DNA from: Octopus sinensis
Lineage: Eukaryota
Assembly (NCBI RefSeq): GCF_006345805.1
Contig: NC_043011.1
Span: 682,001-746,000 of the forward strand
Length of the DNA stretch: 64,000 nucleotides
Reading direction: 5' to 3'
The notes under the pieces were generated by a model. The model did not search any database. It saw nothing but the letters and a program-made list of their open reading frames with translations, and was not told the origin of the DNA. The position numbers and the translations under genes are program-made. This document shows positions 12,191-24,016 of this stretch, one piece after another; the first letter of the stretch is position 1, and each line of letters opens with the position of its first letter.

Positions 12191-12662
12191 TGGTGTCATT
12201 CCATCAACGTGTGGACGCTGGTTGCTCTCGTTCATACTTTAGATCTGAATTTCTATAATTTTGAATTTTCATCACTTTTTATTTTGAACTCGACAAAGAA
12301 AGGCTTGCTGTCAAAATATCGTTCAGCCAATAAAATATTTATTGCAATCGCATCGCGCTCTTCGTCTTGTCTGTTCAACTTTGTGAAGAGTTATGTCAAT
12401 CCTTTTAAAATATCAAAATCAAGTAGATGGAGAACATGATTGGTTTTGTGTTACACCGAATAAGACTTGGAATGTTTAGAAATTCTAGAAGTTACCAAAA
12501 TAGCCGAGTGTCTAAGGAAAATCGTAATGTAAATTACAGCTTTTGCTTTTTACAGTTGGTTTGTCTGCCCTGTTAGTTTTACTAGACCCCAGTGTTGAGC
12601 TAAATCCTGGGTGAATGGATTTTGTACCATTCAAATACGAATCAGAAAATGAGAAATCGACA

Positions 12663-13825
12663 TTCCCATCAGTTGTAAAAATTAATAGTTTTCGTGCTAA
12701 AATCAAAAGCCATTTATCATTTCTGGAAACATGCAAACTAGAATAAGTTATACCGGACAGTCTTACATCAAATATATCAATGTGTGCATCACAACCTGAC
12801 GATTTGTTGCTTCAAAAGTTTAAATTGGTTGGGTAGAGCAGTTCATTTAATATAATGGAAGCTATTATTGAACATTATTGTTCCAAAATTAGTATTGCTT
12901 GGTGCAGACTTTAAGGAGAGTTTGGTCTCCTTCGACAAGTATGTTCATCTAAAAATCGTTTGAACTATTTGTGTAATTGATGAACTTTGAAAAATAGAAA
13001 ATTTCGGCACTGAAGTAAAAACAAAAAGGAAAAGAAACTGAAAAACCTGATTCCCCATTCCTCTGAGCCAGTGGGCAGGAGAACATCTCGGTTGAGAATA
13101 TTTGCTTTGAAATATGAAGAAAAGTCGCTTTTACTTTCGGGACAAATGTTATGCGACAATTTTATTGACGCCAGGTTGAAAACCGTAGCGGAAAATTTTC
13201 CTGAAATTCCAATACAAACAACCATTTTTTCTCACACAGAATTTCTAACATACTGTCCACACTACACTGTTCATTCATCACACCAGGAACAATCATTTTG
13301 CATTGTCGATTAATTTTTTGCGGAGATGTTTATATTTATGACAGTTTTATCTTGCCAGTACCACAGGAACTAATAACACAAATAACAATGCTGTACTCAC
13401 CACAAACGAACATAATTCCTTACAGTTCAACAAATTCAAATTACTACTCCCCAAGTTGGCGCATATGATTGTGGACTTTTTTTGCCCTGACTTTTGCATT
13501 TGAACCGGTCATTGGAAACGCTCCAGAAAGGTTTTTATTTGATCAGTCAAAAATGCGAACACACTTAAGATTTTGGCTCGAAAACAATCAATTTGTTCCT
13601 TTCCCGAAAGTAAAGGTTTTTCAAATTTCTACAAAAACTACGGAAGTCACTCAATTTCTATCACCCACCCAGAAATGGATTGCCCCTAGAAAGACGACTA
13701 AAAATTATGACTTCTCACATGAACATTCAGAACAAATTTTATCACCCAGTAGGTTCCATGTTTTAAGTGAAGATTCGAGCAAAGCCCCAAAAGAAGTCAG
13801 GAATCTGATGAGAGTAAGACTCTGA
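12663..13825 (+). pseudogene. PLE-type ORF N-terminus fused to a Ulp1/C48 cysteine-protease-like domain
   Basis: One frame (with stops) runs KSHLSFLETCKLE*VIPDSL...IIEHY...KKEKKLKNL...SGQMLCDNFIDA. Across frameshifts it continues IHHTRNNHFALS, DVYIYDS, PQVGAYDCGLF and ALTFAFE...FDQSKMRTHLRFWLENNQFVPFP. Confidence 0.7.
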
Positions 13826-13860
13826 AAACGACTTGCCCAAGAAAATCCATTACTCTAGAG

Positions 13861-13960
13861 CAGTGGTCCCAACCGATTTTTAATTTTTGACCATGCCCCA
13901 CCGAATCATTTCTAAAATCCTGATGCCCCCTTGTGATATTTAATTTTTGTTAATCAAAAA
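13861..13960 (+). mobile_element. hAT-type MITE left end (truncated)
   Basis: CAGTGGTCCCAACC terminus directly after CTCTAGAG, a Charlie-type nTCTAGAn target; right end not found. Confidence 0.45.
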
Positions 13961-14260
13961 TTATTAACAAAATAGTAAAAAATAGTGCAATGGATGTAAA
14001 AAAAAAATGTGTAGGAAATGAATATGAAAAAAAAAAAATGCGCGGAAAGCAATGGGTGCTATTTCTAATATTTTCGGTATGTGGTTTAAGCAACTTGTTG
14101 CAAAAACCCCTTTATTATAATTATATAAATTTTTACCGAATATGGTCCTTTCCATACCGAAACACTACTAGGTGAAATTTATTGATTTTATTAAATTAAT
14201 TATATTTCACCCTTTATCTGTATATCTATGTATATGTATGTATGTACGTATATATGTGTG

Positions 14261-14302
<42 letters not shown>

Positions 14303-14303
14303 T

Positions 14304-14338
<35 letters not shown>

Positions 14339-14609
14339 TATATTTGTGTGTGTGTGTGTGTGTGTTTGAAGGAATATTCTTCCTAACTTACAGGGAAAAA
14401 ATTCAATTTAGAAATACTAAATCAAATTTCAGAAAATATATATATATATATAAATTAGAAAAAGACCACCTTTTATCAATTCAAAATGAACAATTAAATT
14501 ACAACATCTAGTAAATTACATATAATAGAAATATTAAAAATAAAATAATAATATACCCATGATTAAGTAAATTGCAAAATAATAATAAAAACGTTTATAT
14601 TTGGCAGAA

Positions 14610-14715
14610 TAACGACACGTGTTTCGTGGCTATATTTAAGAAATGATTATAGTAAAAAAAAATTAACAGTAGTAGTAAAATCACTTCGATATAAATTTAG
14701 CCACTCATCAGGTTA
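14610..14715 (-). ncRNA. Canonical-core minimal type I hammerhead ribozyme
   Basis: TAAC-CTGATGA-GTGGCTA...TAGCCAC-GAAA-CACGTG-TC-GTTA. All core nucleotides present, GUC cleavage triplet, palindromic helix III. Confidence 0.8.
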
Positions 14716-14785
14716 AAAATAAACTAGAATAATAAAATAATTAATTAATAAATATACGTAAAAATCTTTTATTATATATATATAT

Positions 14786-15802
14786 TGTTACGACCTGCCG
14801 TCGCTCAAACTCTTCGGAAACTCGGGACCCTAACAAATCGAGCGACGACGATTGACCGGCTCGATCGAACGGGGAATTCGCCACGGAAAGAGAGGGCTCG
14901 GTGGGGGTGGGGTGGCAGCGAACCCGGCAACCGGCGACCGGAGAGAACAACAACAACAACAGCAGGAAGAGATACAGAGAGAGACGGCGGAAGGCAATTG
15001 GCTTAAATTTAACAACAGTTTATAACAATTACGACATCAAATACAATGTGATACATAGCAGATACACTAAAGAAAGTAACATGCAACAGAATTAACAAGA
15101 AAACAAAATCAAAGCATTTAAACAGTCACGTCGAATCAGAACAAATAATGTTCACATTAAAGTCTTTCTCTTTCTTTTTCTTTTCGACACAGTTCTTTCT
15201 TTTTCCTCTTTCCTTCTTTCTCTATTTTTCACCTCAATTCTCTTTTTTAGTTCAACGATTCTTTTCAACCTCATTTCTTTTCTTTAACAACTCTTTTTAA
15301 CACAATTCACATCAAAACATAAACAACATATACCGTTACATTTTCTAGTTACAATAATTTCAGAAACTCCCACTACGAATAGCCAATGCCTTCATGCCGT
15401 AGTCCCTCTCTCTCGCTACTCTTAATCCTATCTGCCTGTCTTCCTCTACGCTGTCATCCTCTCGCTTGTCATCTCTCACATTCACTCTCTGTCCTTCTCA
15501 ACGATGTAGTTGCCTTTCCCATCGCCACCTTCCTGGCTGACCGTCCGTATCACTCCTGTCTGGCCAAAACTGACGACCGACTGCTTGCAATTGCCGACTG
15601 ACTGACAAACTCCCAGCGCATCGCATTTTAAAGGGTAGTCTCTTAAACTTTCCTTGACCGGCAGAGGGCCAAAGGTCTCCTCCGAATACATAAACCTCCC
15701 CAGAAACTGACAGAACAAAAGATTTACCCGTCTCCCTGACGTCAGATCACAAAAGTAGGTCGCAGCACTCTTATCTTCTGAACTGAACTGACCCCCATAT
15801 CA
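14786..15802. mobile_element. Candidate solo LTR (about 1.0 kb)
   Basis: TG...CA termini (TGTTACGACC...CCCCATATCA), ATAT on both flanks, GC-richer non-coding interior. The apparent TSD is weak evidence because the flanks are (TA)n. Confidence 0.5.
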
Positions 15803-15819
15803 ATATATATATATATATA

Positions 15820-17187
15820 GGATCTTTTCTATTCTGAAGCCAGGACCACAGATCTTTCTACTTAACTAAATAATCTGAAACTTCGTATGCTGATAGAGTC
15901 TAGCAAAACAAGACACAGGTTGGAACTAGTTTATTTGAGAAAAATCTATTTTATGACTTTAATCGTAGATTAAAACTGCGAATTTTAACCAATCAGATTG
16001 TTTGTTTTCATGTGTAAAACTTGACTGCATTCTATTAGTGTGACGTAGAAAGCGCTTTTGTGACGTACTAACGTTCGGAAAACTGTAAACAAACACGGCA
16101 GACGAAATACGGCTACGCATTTCGCCCGGCGTGCTAACGTTTCTGCCAGCTCTTTGCTTTTTTAATATTAAATTTCGGCGAAGTTTCGCTTGTCGTAGCA
16201 CAAGTTTTCCGTCGATTTCCGTAAAAAACTTTTATTTTTTTACATAAGTAATGAGAGCGAAAGAGACTAAGAGGAAGCGATTTTATGACGAGGGAAGTTT
16301 GTCTTTGAAGTTACCGTCTAGGGCAGGGGTGGGCAAACCTTTTTGATCGCGGGCCGCACAAGTGCGTCTTTGGAACCTTGGCGGGCCTCATTTATAAAAA
16401 TCAAGTGAAAATATTGTGAATTACCGTACAGTTACGAAGTATCTGCATAGAAGTTGGGATTCATAAAAGCTCTCGGCGGGCCGCATGCGGCCCGCGGGCC
16501 GTAGTTTGCCCACCCCTGGTCTAGGGGAAGCATTGATGTACATGTGTGTGTGTGTGTGTGTGTTTGATGGGGTGTGGGAGACAGTATGTTGTGTAAGTGA
16601 AGTGCTTCTGTTAGTGTGTGTGAAGAGACAGAGAGAGTAATGTGTGAAAGAGAGAGATAACTGAAATTTTTTACTCGGTGTATGTGTATATGTATGTCTG
16701 CATGTATGTGTGTGTGTGTATGTATCTATGTATGTATGGCCAATTCATCGTAATTACGATTACGATGAATCGGCTATACATACATACACACACATACATA
16801 CACACACACACATACTTACACATACATACACACATACATACATGCAGACATACAGAATGGAAACATTTTCAATTTAATACATGTGGCTTATTAACTAGTT
16901 TTAAATATTGTTATTAGAAGGTGGCTGACTTGTTTACATTTAAGATGTTAAATACGTCACGAAATTGGTGGTCGAGACGGAGTAAATAAAATAAAGCCGA
17001 ATGACGGAATATCATTGGTTAAAATTCTAATTATTAAACAACGTTAAACTTAGAAGTTACAATTCCGTTTTCATTCTGGTTTACAATTAAGTTTACTTTT
17101 GACACATTCTACCAGTATACGAAGTTTCAAATTGTTTGGTTCAGTAGGAAAAATTTGAAAAAACTGGCCTCAAAATAGAAAAGATCC
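15820..17187. mobile_element. Non-autonomous TIR DNA transposon (GGATCTTTTC family) with nested insertions
   Basis: 24-bp TIRs GGATCTTTTCTATT(C/T)TGA(A/G)GCCAG with 2 mismatches and TA flanks; contains a Nin-SINE head (about 16096-16152) and a hAT MITE. Confidence 0.75.
16324..16518. mobile_element. Complete 195-bp hAT MITE
   Basis: Perfect 15-bp TIR CAGGGGTGGGCAAAC and perfect 8-bp TSD GTCTAGGG (16316-16323, 16519-16526). Confidence 0.92.
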
Positions 17188-17624
17188 TATATATATATAT
17201 AAGATATTAAATATACATTAAGTGAAAGCGAAAAACAACACTTAAATTATACAATACTTTTAAATTAATTAATATACACAATGCTAGTACAAGCCATTAA
17301 TATTGTAATCAAAATAAGAAATGGTTCAAATATAGATAAACTCATTAAATAAGCTAACTATATAATTAACATATATGTGTAGTATCTATAGATTTAATAT
17401 ATCACTCAATAATATAGTTGACTAAATATCAATTAATATAATACCTAATTATCTTAAATTTAATACTACTTAATGTATATACCACCTAATTATTAAATAA
17501 TATATTTTCTAACAAAATTAATTCTCAAATTAAATTATATATATATGTACTGGTACACCGGCGATTATAATTAATTTTATTGTATCGCATTTATCTTTGT
17601 TTATATATATATATATATATATGG

Positions 17625-17716
<92 letters not shown>

Positions 17717-17730
17717 ATATATATATATAT

Positions 17731-17916
17731 GAGGCAATGACAAACGACTGAGACCTTTGGCAATATGCCATGCTTGAGCGGAAGACCCATCAAGCCAAGT
17801 GCAATCCTACCCATGGCAGATACTGGTGTTATGCAACTGGCACCCACGCTGGTGGCATGTAAAAAGCACCTGTTACACTCTCGGAGTGGTTGGAATTATG
17901 AAGGGCGTTCAGCCAT
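17731..17916 (+). mobile_element. Diverged RTE-tail-type SINE fragment
   Basis: GCTGGTGGCATGTAAAAAGCACC...CACTCTCGGAGTGGTTGG...GAAGGGC; ends where the CORE-SINE at 17917 begins. Confidence 0.6.
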
Positions 17917-18087
17917 AGGCGCGGCAGTGGCTGTGTGGTAAGTAGCTTGCTTACCAACCACATGGTCATGGGTTCAGTCCCACTGTGTGGCACCTTGCGC
18001 AAGTGTCTTCTACTATAGCCTCAGGCCGATCAAAGCCTTGTGAGTGGATTTGGTAGACGGAAACTGAAAGAAGCCTGTCGTATATGT
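17917..18087 (+). mobile_element. tRNA-derived CORE-type SINE, 5' half
   Basis: Head and CORE-like segment match the family; stops at the internal microsatellite. Confidence 0.85.
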
Positions 18088-18453
18088 ATTATTTCTATGC
18101 CAATATGCTGATAACAGACATTTAAATCGTCAATTTCCACATATTGTATACCCACTACTGAAATGTAGATATAACTGGGGTACTTATATGTACTCGTGAC
18201 TTTTGCGTCGGCTTTTTTTCCATGGGCGCATGTAAGTATTTCATTTATTTCTTTTTGTATTTTCTACTGAAGAGGAAAAAAATCTATGAGATTAATTCCG
18301 AAATTGATTCAATATAGAAATAACGAGCTTTTTAAAAAAAATTCTGTTGACTAGCTTCCCGATTTCACTACAACGTATTTCTGTAGTGGGTATATAATAT
18401 ATGGAAATTGACGATTTAAAAGTCTGTTATCAGCATATTGGCATAGAAATAAT
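18088..18453. repeat. 77-bp inverted repeat (18088-18164 / 18377-18453) enclosing a hammerhead motif
   Basis: ATTATTTCTATGCCAATATGCTGATAACAGAC...CCCACTAC(T/A)GAAAT matches its reverse complement with about 4 mismatches. Confidence 0.85.
18261..18320 (+). ncRNA. Canonical-core type I hammerhead ribozyme
   Basis: TTTCTA-CTGAAGA-GGAA...TTCC-GAAA-TTG-ATT-CAA-TA-TAGAAA. 6-bp helix I, 4-bp helix II base, 4-bp helix III; predicted cleavage after 18314. Confidence 0.75.
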
Positions 18454-18574
18454 TTTCTTTTGCCCATGTTTATACGTTGTTTATAATTTTAACCTTTAAA
18501 AGTATTTTCATATGCTGCCAATTTTTGATTAAATTTTTTTCTGTAAAAAAATTCATCCTATATTAGTAGTATAA

Positions 18575-18579
18575 ACATA

Positions 18580-18621
<42 letters not shown>

Positions 18622-19278
18622 CATACATAGATACATATATATACATATATACATATATATACATATATACATATACATATATATATACATATATATACAT
18701 ACATATATATGTATATATATATACATATATATATATATACAGATATATACTTGCATATGTAAACACGTATATACATATATCTATATAGATGCATATATAT
18801 ATATATCCACATGCATACATATATAGATACATACATATATATATATAGATATATATATATGTCCATACATACATATATATATATATACATATATATATGT
18901 TCATACATATATATATACACATATATATATATATACATACATATATATATATGTTCATACATATATATATGCATATATACATATATATATATATATATAT
19001 GTTCATACATACATATACATATATATATATATGTTTTTATGTTTTCGTTTCTCATTGTGTTCAACGTATTTTGATGTCCTGTACCCATATATGCATGTAT
19101 ATATACATATAGATGCAGGTATGTACATATATGTATGTATATATGCATATGTTTATATATTATTTATGTTATTATATGATCGAACGCCACACATCCATTT
19201 CCAAATATATATACATATACATACATATATATATATACATACGTATATGCACACACACACACACATATATATATATAC

Positions 19279-19331
<53 letters not shown>

Positions 19332-19463
19332 TATATATATACATATATATACATATACATATATATATACATATATACATATACATATATATACATACAT
19401 ACATACATACACACACACACGTATATATATATATATACGTAGATACATACACACACATACATA
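18575..19463. repeat. Long compound (TA)n/(CA)n/(TACA)n microsatellite tract
   Basis: Directly visible; the source of many spurious Ile/Tyr/His/Thr ORFs. Confidence 0.95.
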
Positions 19464-19465
19464 TA

Positions 19466-20730
19466 CGAGGGGCGTTCAATAAGTAATGCCCCTGACCCAC
19501 TTCCCATAATAGTAGAACAACGAAACTTGGCACAGTTGTTAGTTTTTTTCTACATAGGAATCATCCAGAGTTACGCATTTCTCCCTTCGTTTTTGTAGAA
19601 GACCCCAGCTTGGTCCTCCAACCACGACGTGACTTCAGAAATCAAGGTGGCTTCATCTGGGAAACGCTTTCCTTTCAGAAACAACTTCATGGATGGAAAG
19701 AGGTGAAAATCAGAGGGTGCAAGGTCAGGAGAGTAGGGGGGATGGGGGAGGAGTTCATAGCCGCACGCCTGTACTTCTGATCTGGCGACACGCGAGTTGT
19801 GGACCGGAGCGTTGTCCTGCAGGAGGAGGATGCCTTTGCTGATCTTGCCCCGCCTCTTGATTTTGATAGCTTCTCTTAATTTCCTCAAAAGTGAAGCATA
19901 ATAGGCTCCTGTAATTGTGGTAGCCTTTGCCAGGAAATCTGTCATCACTACTCCGTCCTAGTCCCAGAAGACTGTGAGCATGACCTTGCCAGCGAAGGGC
20001 TGCACCCTTGCATTCTTTGGAGGAGGTAAGCCACGCTGCTTCCACTGCATTGACTGGGCTTTGGTCTCTGGATCATAGTGATGGACCCAGGTTTCATCCT
20101 GTGTAATCAGTCTTTTGAAAAATTTTGACTCATCTTCTTGGCACATCTCCAAATTCATCCTTGAGCACTCGACGCGTTCTTGCTTCTGAAAAGGTGTGAG
20201 CAACCTGGGAATCCATCTGGCAGACACCTTTTGCATATGCAAATGGTCCTGAATGATAGTTTCCACAGACCCGGTACTAATCTTGACCTCATGGGCTATT
20301 TGGTGAATTGTTATGCGTCGATCTTCCAAAATGGCAGCCTCAACTTGACGGACAGATGCCTCATGAGTGGCAGAAGTGGGGCGACCAGATCTGGGAGCTG
20401 TTTCCACAGAGTTCCGACCATGTTTGAATTCACGATGCCAGAGTTTTACACGGTCATATGATGGGGCATCATCACCATAAGTTACTTTCATTTCATCAAA
20501 AGTCTCCCGTGCTGTGTGTCCTTTCAAATACAAAAACCGGATCACTGCTCAACACTCAACAGGCTCCATTTCACACTTGACTCAGTTCAAACACCTGTAA
20601 ATCAGAAACCACAATTAGTTCAGAGCTGTAATTTGCCACTTAATCTATAGAGATATAAATAATTGCAAAATTTCAGCTAGATCAAACAACTGCAAGTGGG
20701 TCAGGGGCATTACTTATTGAACGTCCCTCG
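19466..20730 (-). mobile_element. Full-length mariner element (1265 bp, irritans-like)
   Basis: 37-bp TIR CGAGGG(G/A)CGTTCAATAAGTAATGCCCCTGACCCACTT with 1 mismatch; TA on both flanks. Confidence 0.95.
19571..20569 (-). pseudogene. Mariner DD34D transposase with two in-frame stops
   Basis: MEPVEC*AVIRFL, WIPRLLT, TQDETWVHHY, VFWD*DGV, LQDNAPVH, HPPYSPDLAPSDFHLF; the C-terminus appears shortened. Confidence 0.92.
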
Positions 20731-20754
20731 TATATATATATATATATATATGTA

Positions 20755-21179
20755 TATGGTGGTCGTCTCCTCATTATCGAGTATGGCCATTGCACGAAGC
20801 TTAATCAATGTTGTTATCATGCAATGCCTGTGCAACAAGATTTTTTTTTAAGTAAGGAAAGGCTGTGCACTGAGTCAATCCCACTCACTAAGCAACAGCA
20901 GCCATAATCCGAAAAGAAGAACAAGTCAACATCATCGGTAACAACTGAGCCGCAGGTTTTATGTCAGAGTTATCCCAGTTATCTGAGTTACCTTCTCCTA
21001 GAAGGATGCCCTAACAAAGGCTAGGAGTCCTTCACTCCCAATGGTTTAGTCGCACGATCGGGTATTCAGTCCGATTATTTCTATGTCCCCGCACTTGGTA
21101 CATCCTTAAAACATTTATTGGATGCTCGTTGACTCTCAAGAGTTCCTCCGCCCTTTGGCGGGTTTTGTTTTTCGTCCCA
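20755..21179 (-). mobile_element. About 425-bp structured non-coding retroposon in (TA)n (possibly RTE-UTR-derived)
   Basis: Serial hairpins CCGCC/GGCGG, CATCC/GGATG, ATCGG/CCGAT and GGAGT/ACTCC, plus CTAGCCTTTGTTAGGGCATCCTTCTAGGAGAAGGTAACTC, which resembles RTE-group 5' UTR motifs from memory. Confidence 0.45.
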
Positions 21180-21227
21180 TATATATATACGTACATACAT
21201 ACACACACATATATATACATACATATT

Positions 21228-21283
<56 letters not shown>

Positions 21284-21297
21284 CATACATATATATA

Positions 21298-23845
21298 TTA
21301 AAAATTTCAAAACCATTCGTGCTGATCGTGCTGGCAGAAGAAAGGGTGGGACTGCCATTTATGTTCATGATTCATTCTCAACAGAAGCCATGAACATATT
21401 TTCCAATGGATACTGCGAAGCAGTCGCTGTATTCAGTCAAACCAACAACTTAACAGTAGTTGGGCTCTACAGACTACCCCAAACGCCCCTACCATGCTTC
21501 AAGGAATGCCTCAACACTGATACTATCCACAATATTGCAGTGGAGAAAACCCTACTCTCCGATCATGACATGGTTCTCTGTGATCTGAGATTTCACTGGC
21601 CAAAATGCAAAACAAATGTCATCCCTCCTGTTCATCCATTTGACACTATGGATTTCCACAATGCAAACTGGGAAGCGATCAATAATGATCTTGCACAAGT
21701 CGTTTGGTCCTTCACGCACACATACACACCCACTAACATCAAAAAGTCCTGGCAGTCATTTGTAGACACCATTACGAACATGTGTGCAAAACACACCCCA
21801 TTAAGATCTGCAAACAAATCTAAGTGTCGAATCCCTAGAAATAGAAAATCTCTCATCAGGAAAATTAAAAGAATTAACAAAAAAATCAACAAGCTGAAAT
21901 ACTGTCAACAGCAACACACCAACCTAACTGCCATCTCATCGCTAGAGATTAAAAAATATAAACTCCAAAACAACATGATGTCTATCATCAATAGTCAGCG
22001 AAGAGCTGAAGAGGCCTGGGCCATTGAGAAGATCAAACTCAATCCCAAAGTGTTCTTTTCATTTGCAAAAAAAACACAGAGTCACTGGTTCTACTGTTGG
22101 CCCTCTGATTGATGAAAATGGTACTCTTCAAGACAATGCCAAAACCATGGGAGAGATATTGCAGAAACAATATTGCTCTGTTTTCAGCAATCCTGATATG
22201 ACTGATCTGGGCTGTATCAGTGATGTTACTCCCCAATACACTTTATCGGACATAACCTTTGGCGCTCCTGATGTCTTAGCAGCAATAAAGGAAATGAAGC
22301 ATAATTCAGCAGTAGGTCACGATAGGTTCCCTGCTTGTGTCTTGAAGATGTGTCAAAACCAACTTGCACCCCCTCTAGCCAATCTGTGGCGGAACTCACT
22401 GGATGCTGGATATATACCAGAAGACCTTCTATCCCAGTCTGTTGTCCCAGTTTTCAAAAAAGGAAACAAATCGCTTGCCGTGAATTACTGTCCAATCTCA
22501 CTCACCTCTCATATCATTAAGGTATTTGAGAGAGTGCTGAGATCGCGTATGACTCACTTCCTTGAGAGTCATAATATGCTGAACTCCAACCAGCATGGAT
22601 TCCGTAATGGGAGAGATTGCCTGACGCAGCTACTGCATCATTTTGATGACATTTTGAGAGCCTTGCGAGAGGGTTCCAACACTGATGTCATCTACCTTGA
22701 TTTCAGCAAGGCTTTTGACAGGGTTGATCATAAGATCCTTCTGAGAAAGCTGTCCAATATTGGTGTCACTGGAAAGCTGCTGCAGTGGATCAAGTGCTTC
22801 CTGTCTAACAGAACCCAACATGTTGTAGTTGAAGGAGTCAAATCCAGCCCAGCCAAAGTCAGCAGTGGTGTCCCACAAGGCACTGTGTTGGGCCCACTTC
22901 TCTTCATCATCTACATAAATGATATTACTGACACCATCAAACACAGTAACATCAGAACCTTCGCTGATGATTCCAAGCTCCAGAAGGTCATCAATGGCGT
23001 GGATGACCGAATAAGCCTTCAGTCAGACCTACTGGCTGTCGTCCAATGGGCGGAAAAGAATAACATGTTGCTAAATGAAGACAAATTCGAACTGATCCAC
23101 TTTGGAAGGGAGGACGCTCTGAAACTCCCATACTCTCTTCCTTCTGGAGAAATTCTCATGGCATCCAACAACATCAGAGACTTGGGAGTAACAGTGGACA
23201 ACAACATAAGCTGGGCTACACATATAAGCAGCAAAGTTGACATGGCCCGCAGAATGTGTTCCTGGATTCTCAGAACCTTCCAGTCGAGAGATTCCCACAC
23301 TATTATCCTTCTCTTCTCCACTTTTGCCCGACCCCACCTTGAATACTGCTGTCCACTGTGGTCTCCCTACACAAAAAAATATTATGAGAATTGAAGCTCC
23401 CCAAAGGTCAATCACAAAAAAGATAGATGGCATGTCAGACCTTGACTACTGGGGTAGACTAGAGAAGCTGAAACTGTATTCACTCCAACGACGCCGTGAA
23501 CGCTACATTATCTGTATGGTGTGGAAAATATTCCATCAGCACTGTCCGAATGATGTTGGCATCACCTTCAAAATACATCCAAGGCTTGGACCATGTGCCA
23601 TCCATCCACAACAAAAATCTAAATCGCATCACATAATGACAATACGGCACAACTATTTCACCTCAATTGGACCCGCTCTCTTCAACATTACACCAGGACA
23701 CGTCAAAAAAGAAACTGACCACACAAAATTCAAGAAGTCTTTGGACAAATTCCTTCAAACAGTCTTGGACAAACCACCCACACCCGGATATGTCTCTGCA
23801 AACAATAACTCTCTGCTCGAATGGGCCTTGGTGCCCAAATCCTGA
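21298..23845 (+). pseudogene. LINE ORF2 (APE-RT) in three overlapping frames
   Basis: ORFs 21129-22112, 22024-23394 and 23237-23845 join at A-runs near 22070 and 23375; an internal APE deletion lies near 21515. Confidence 0.85.
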
Positions 23846-23932
23846 ATTGAAAGACTTTGCCAGGTGGTGCTATTAAGTTAGACATGGCCTGGGCCAATAC
23901 TGGCCAAAACCTTTCTAAGTTATTCTAAGTTA
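21298..23932 (+). mobile_element. CR1/L2-group LINE, 5'-truncated, with partial APE and complete RT
   Basis: APE remnants RKGGTAIYV and LSDHDMV; RT motifs YLDFSKAFDRVDH, GVPQGTVLGPLLF and FADD; C-terminal EYCCPLWSP and SLQRRRER; tail (TTCTAAGTTA)2. Confidence 0.92.
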
Positions 23933-24016
23933 TATACATATATATATGTATGTATATATATATAGATACACACACACACATATGTATATATACATATACA
24001 TATATATATATATATT

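Noticed and set aside
12663-13020. In-frame TGA codons as selenocysteine (Naiad-type PLE)
   Set aside because: TAA and TAG stops and frameshifts also occur, and the neighbouring GIY-YIG domain is C-terminal; ordinary decay explains it.
13801-13840. CTGATGA-GAGT-AAG-ACTC-T-GAAA hammerhead-like string
   Set aside because: No helix I partner, no valid UH cleavage site, and an extra base before GAAA.
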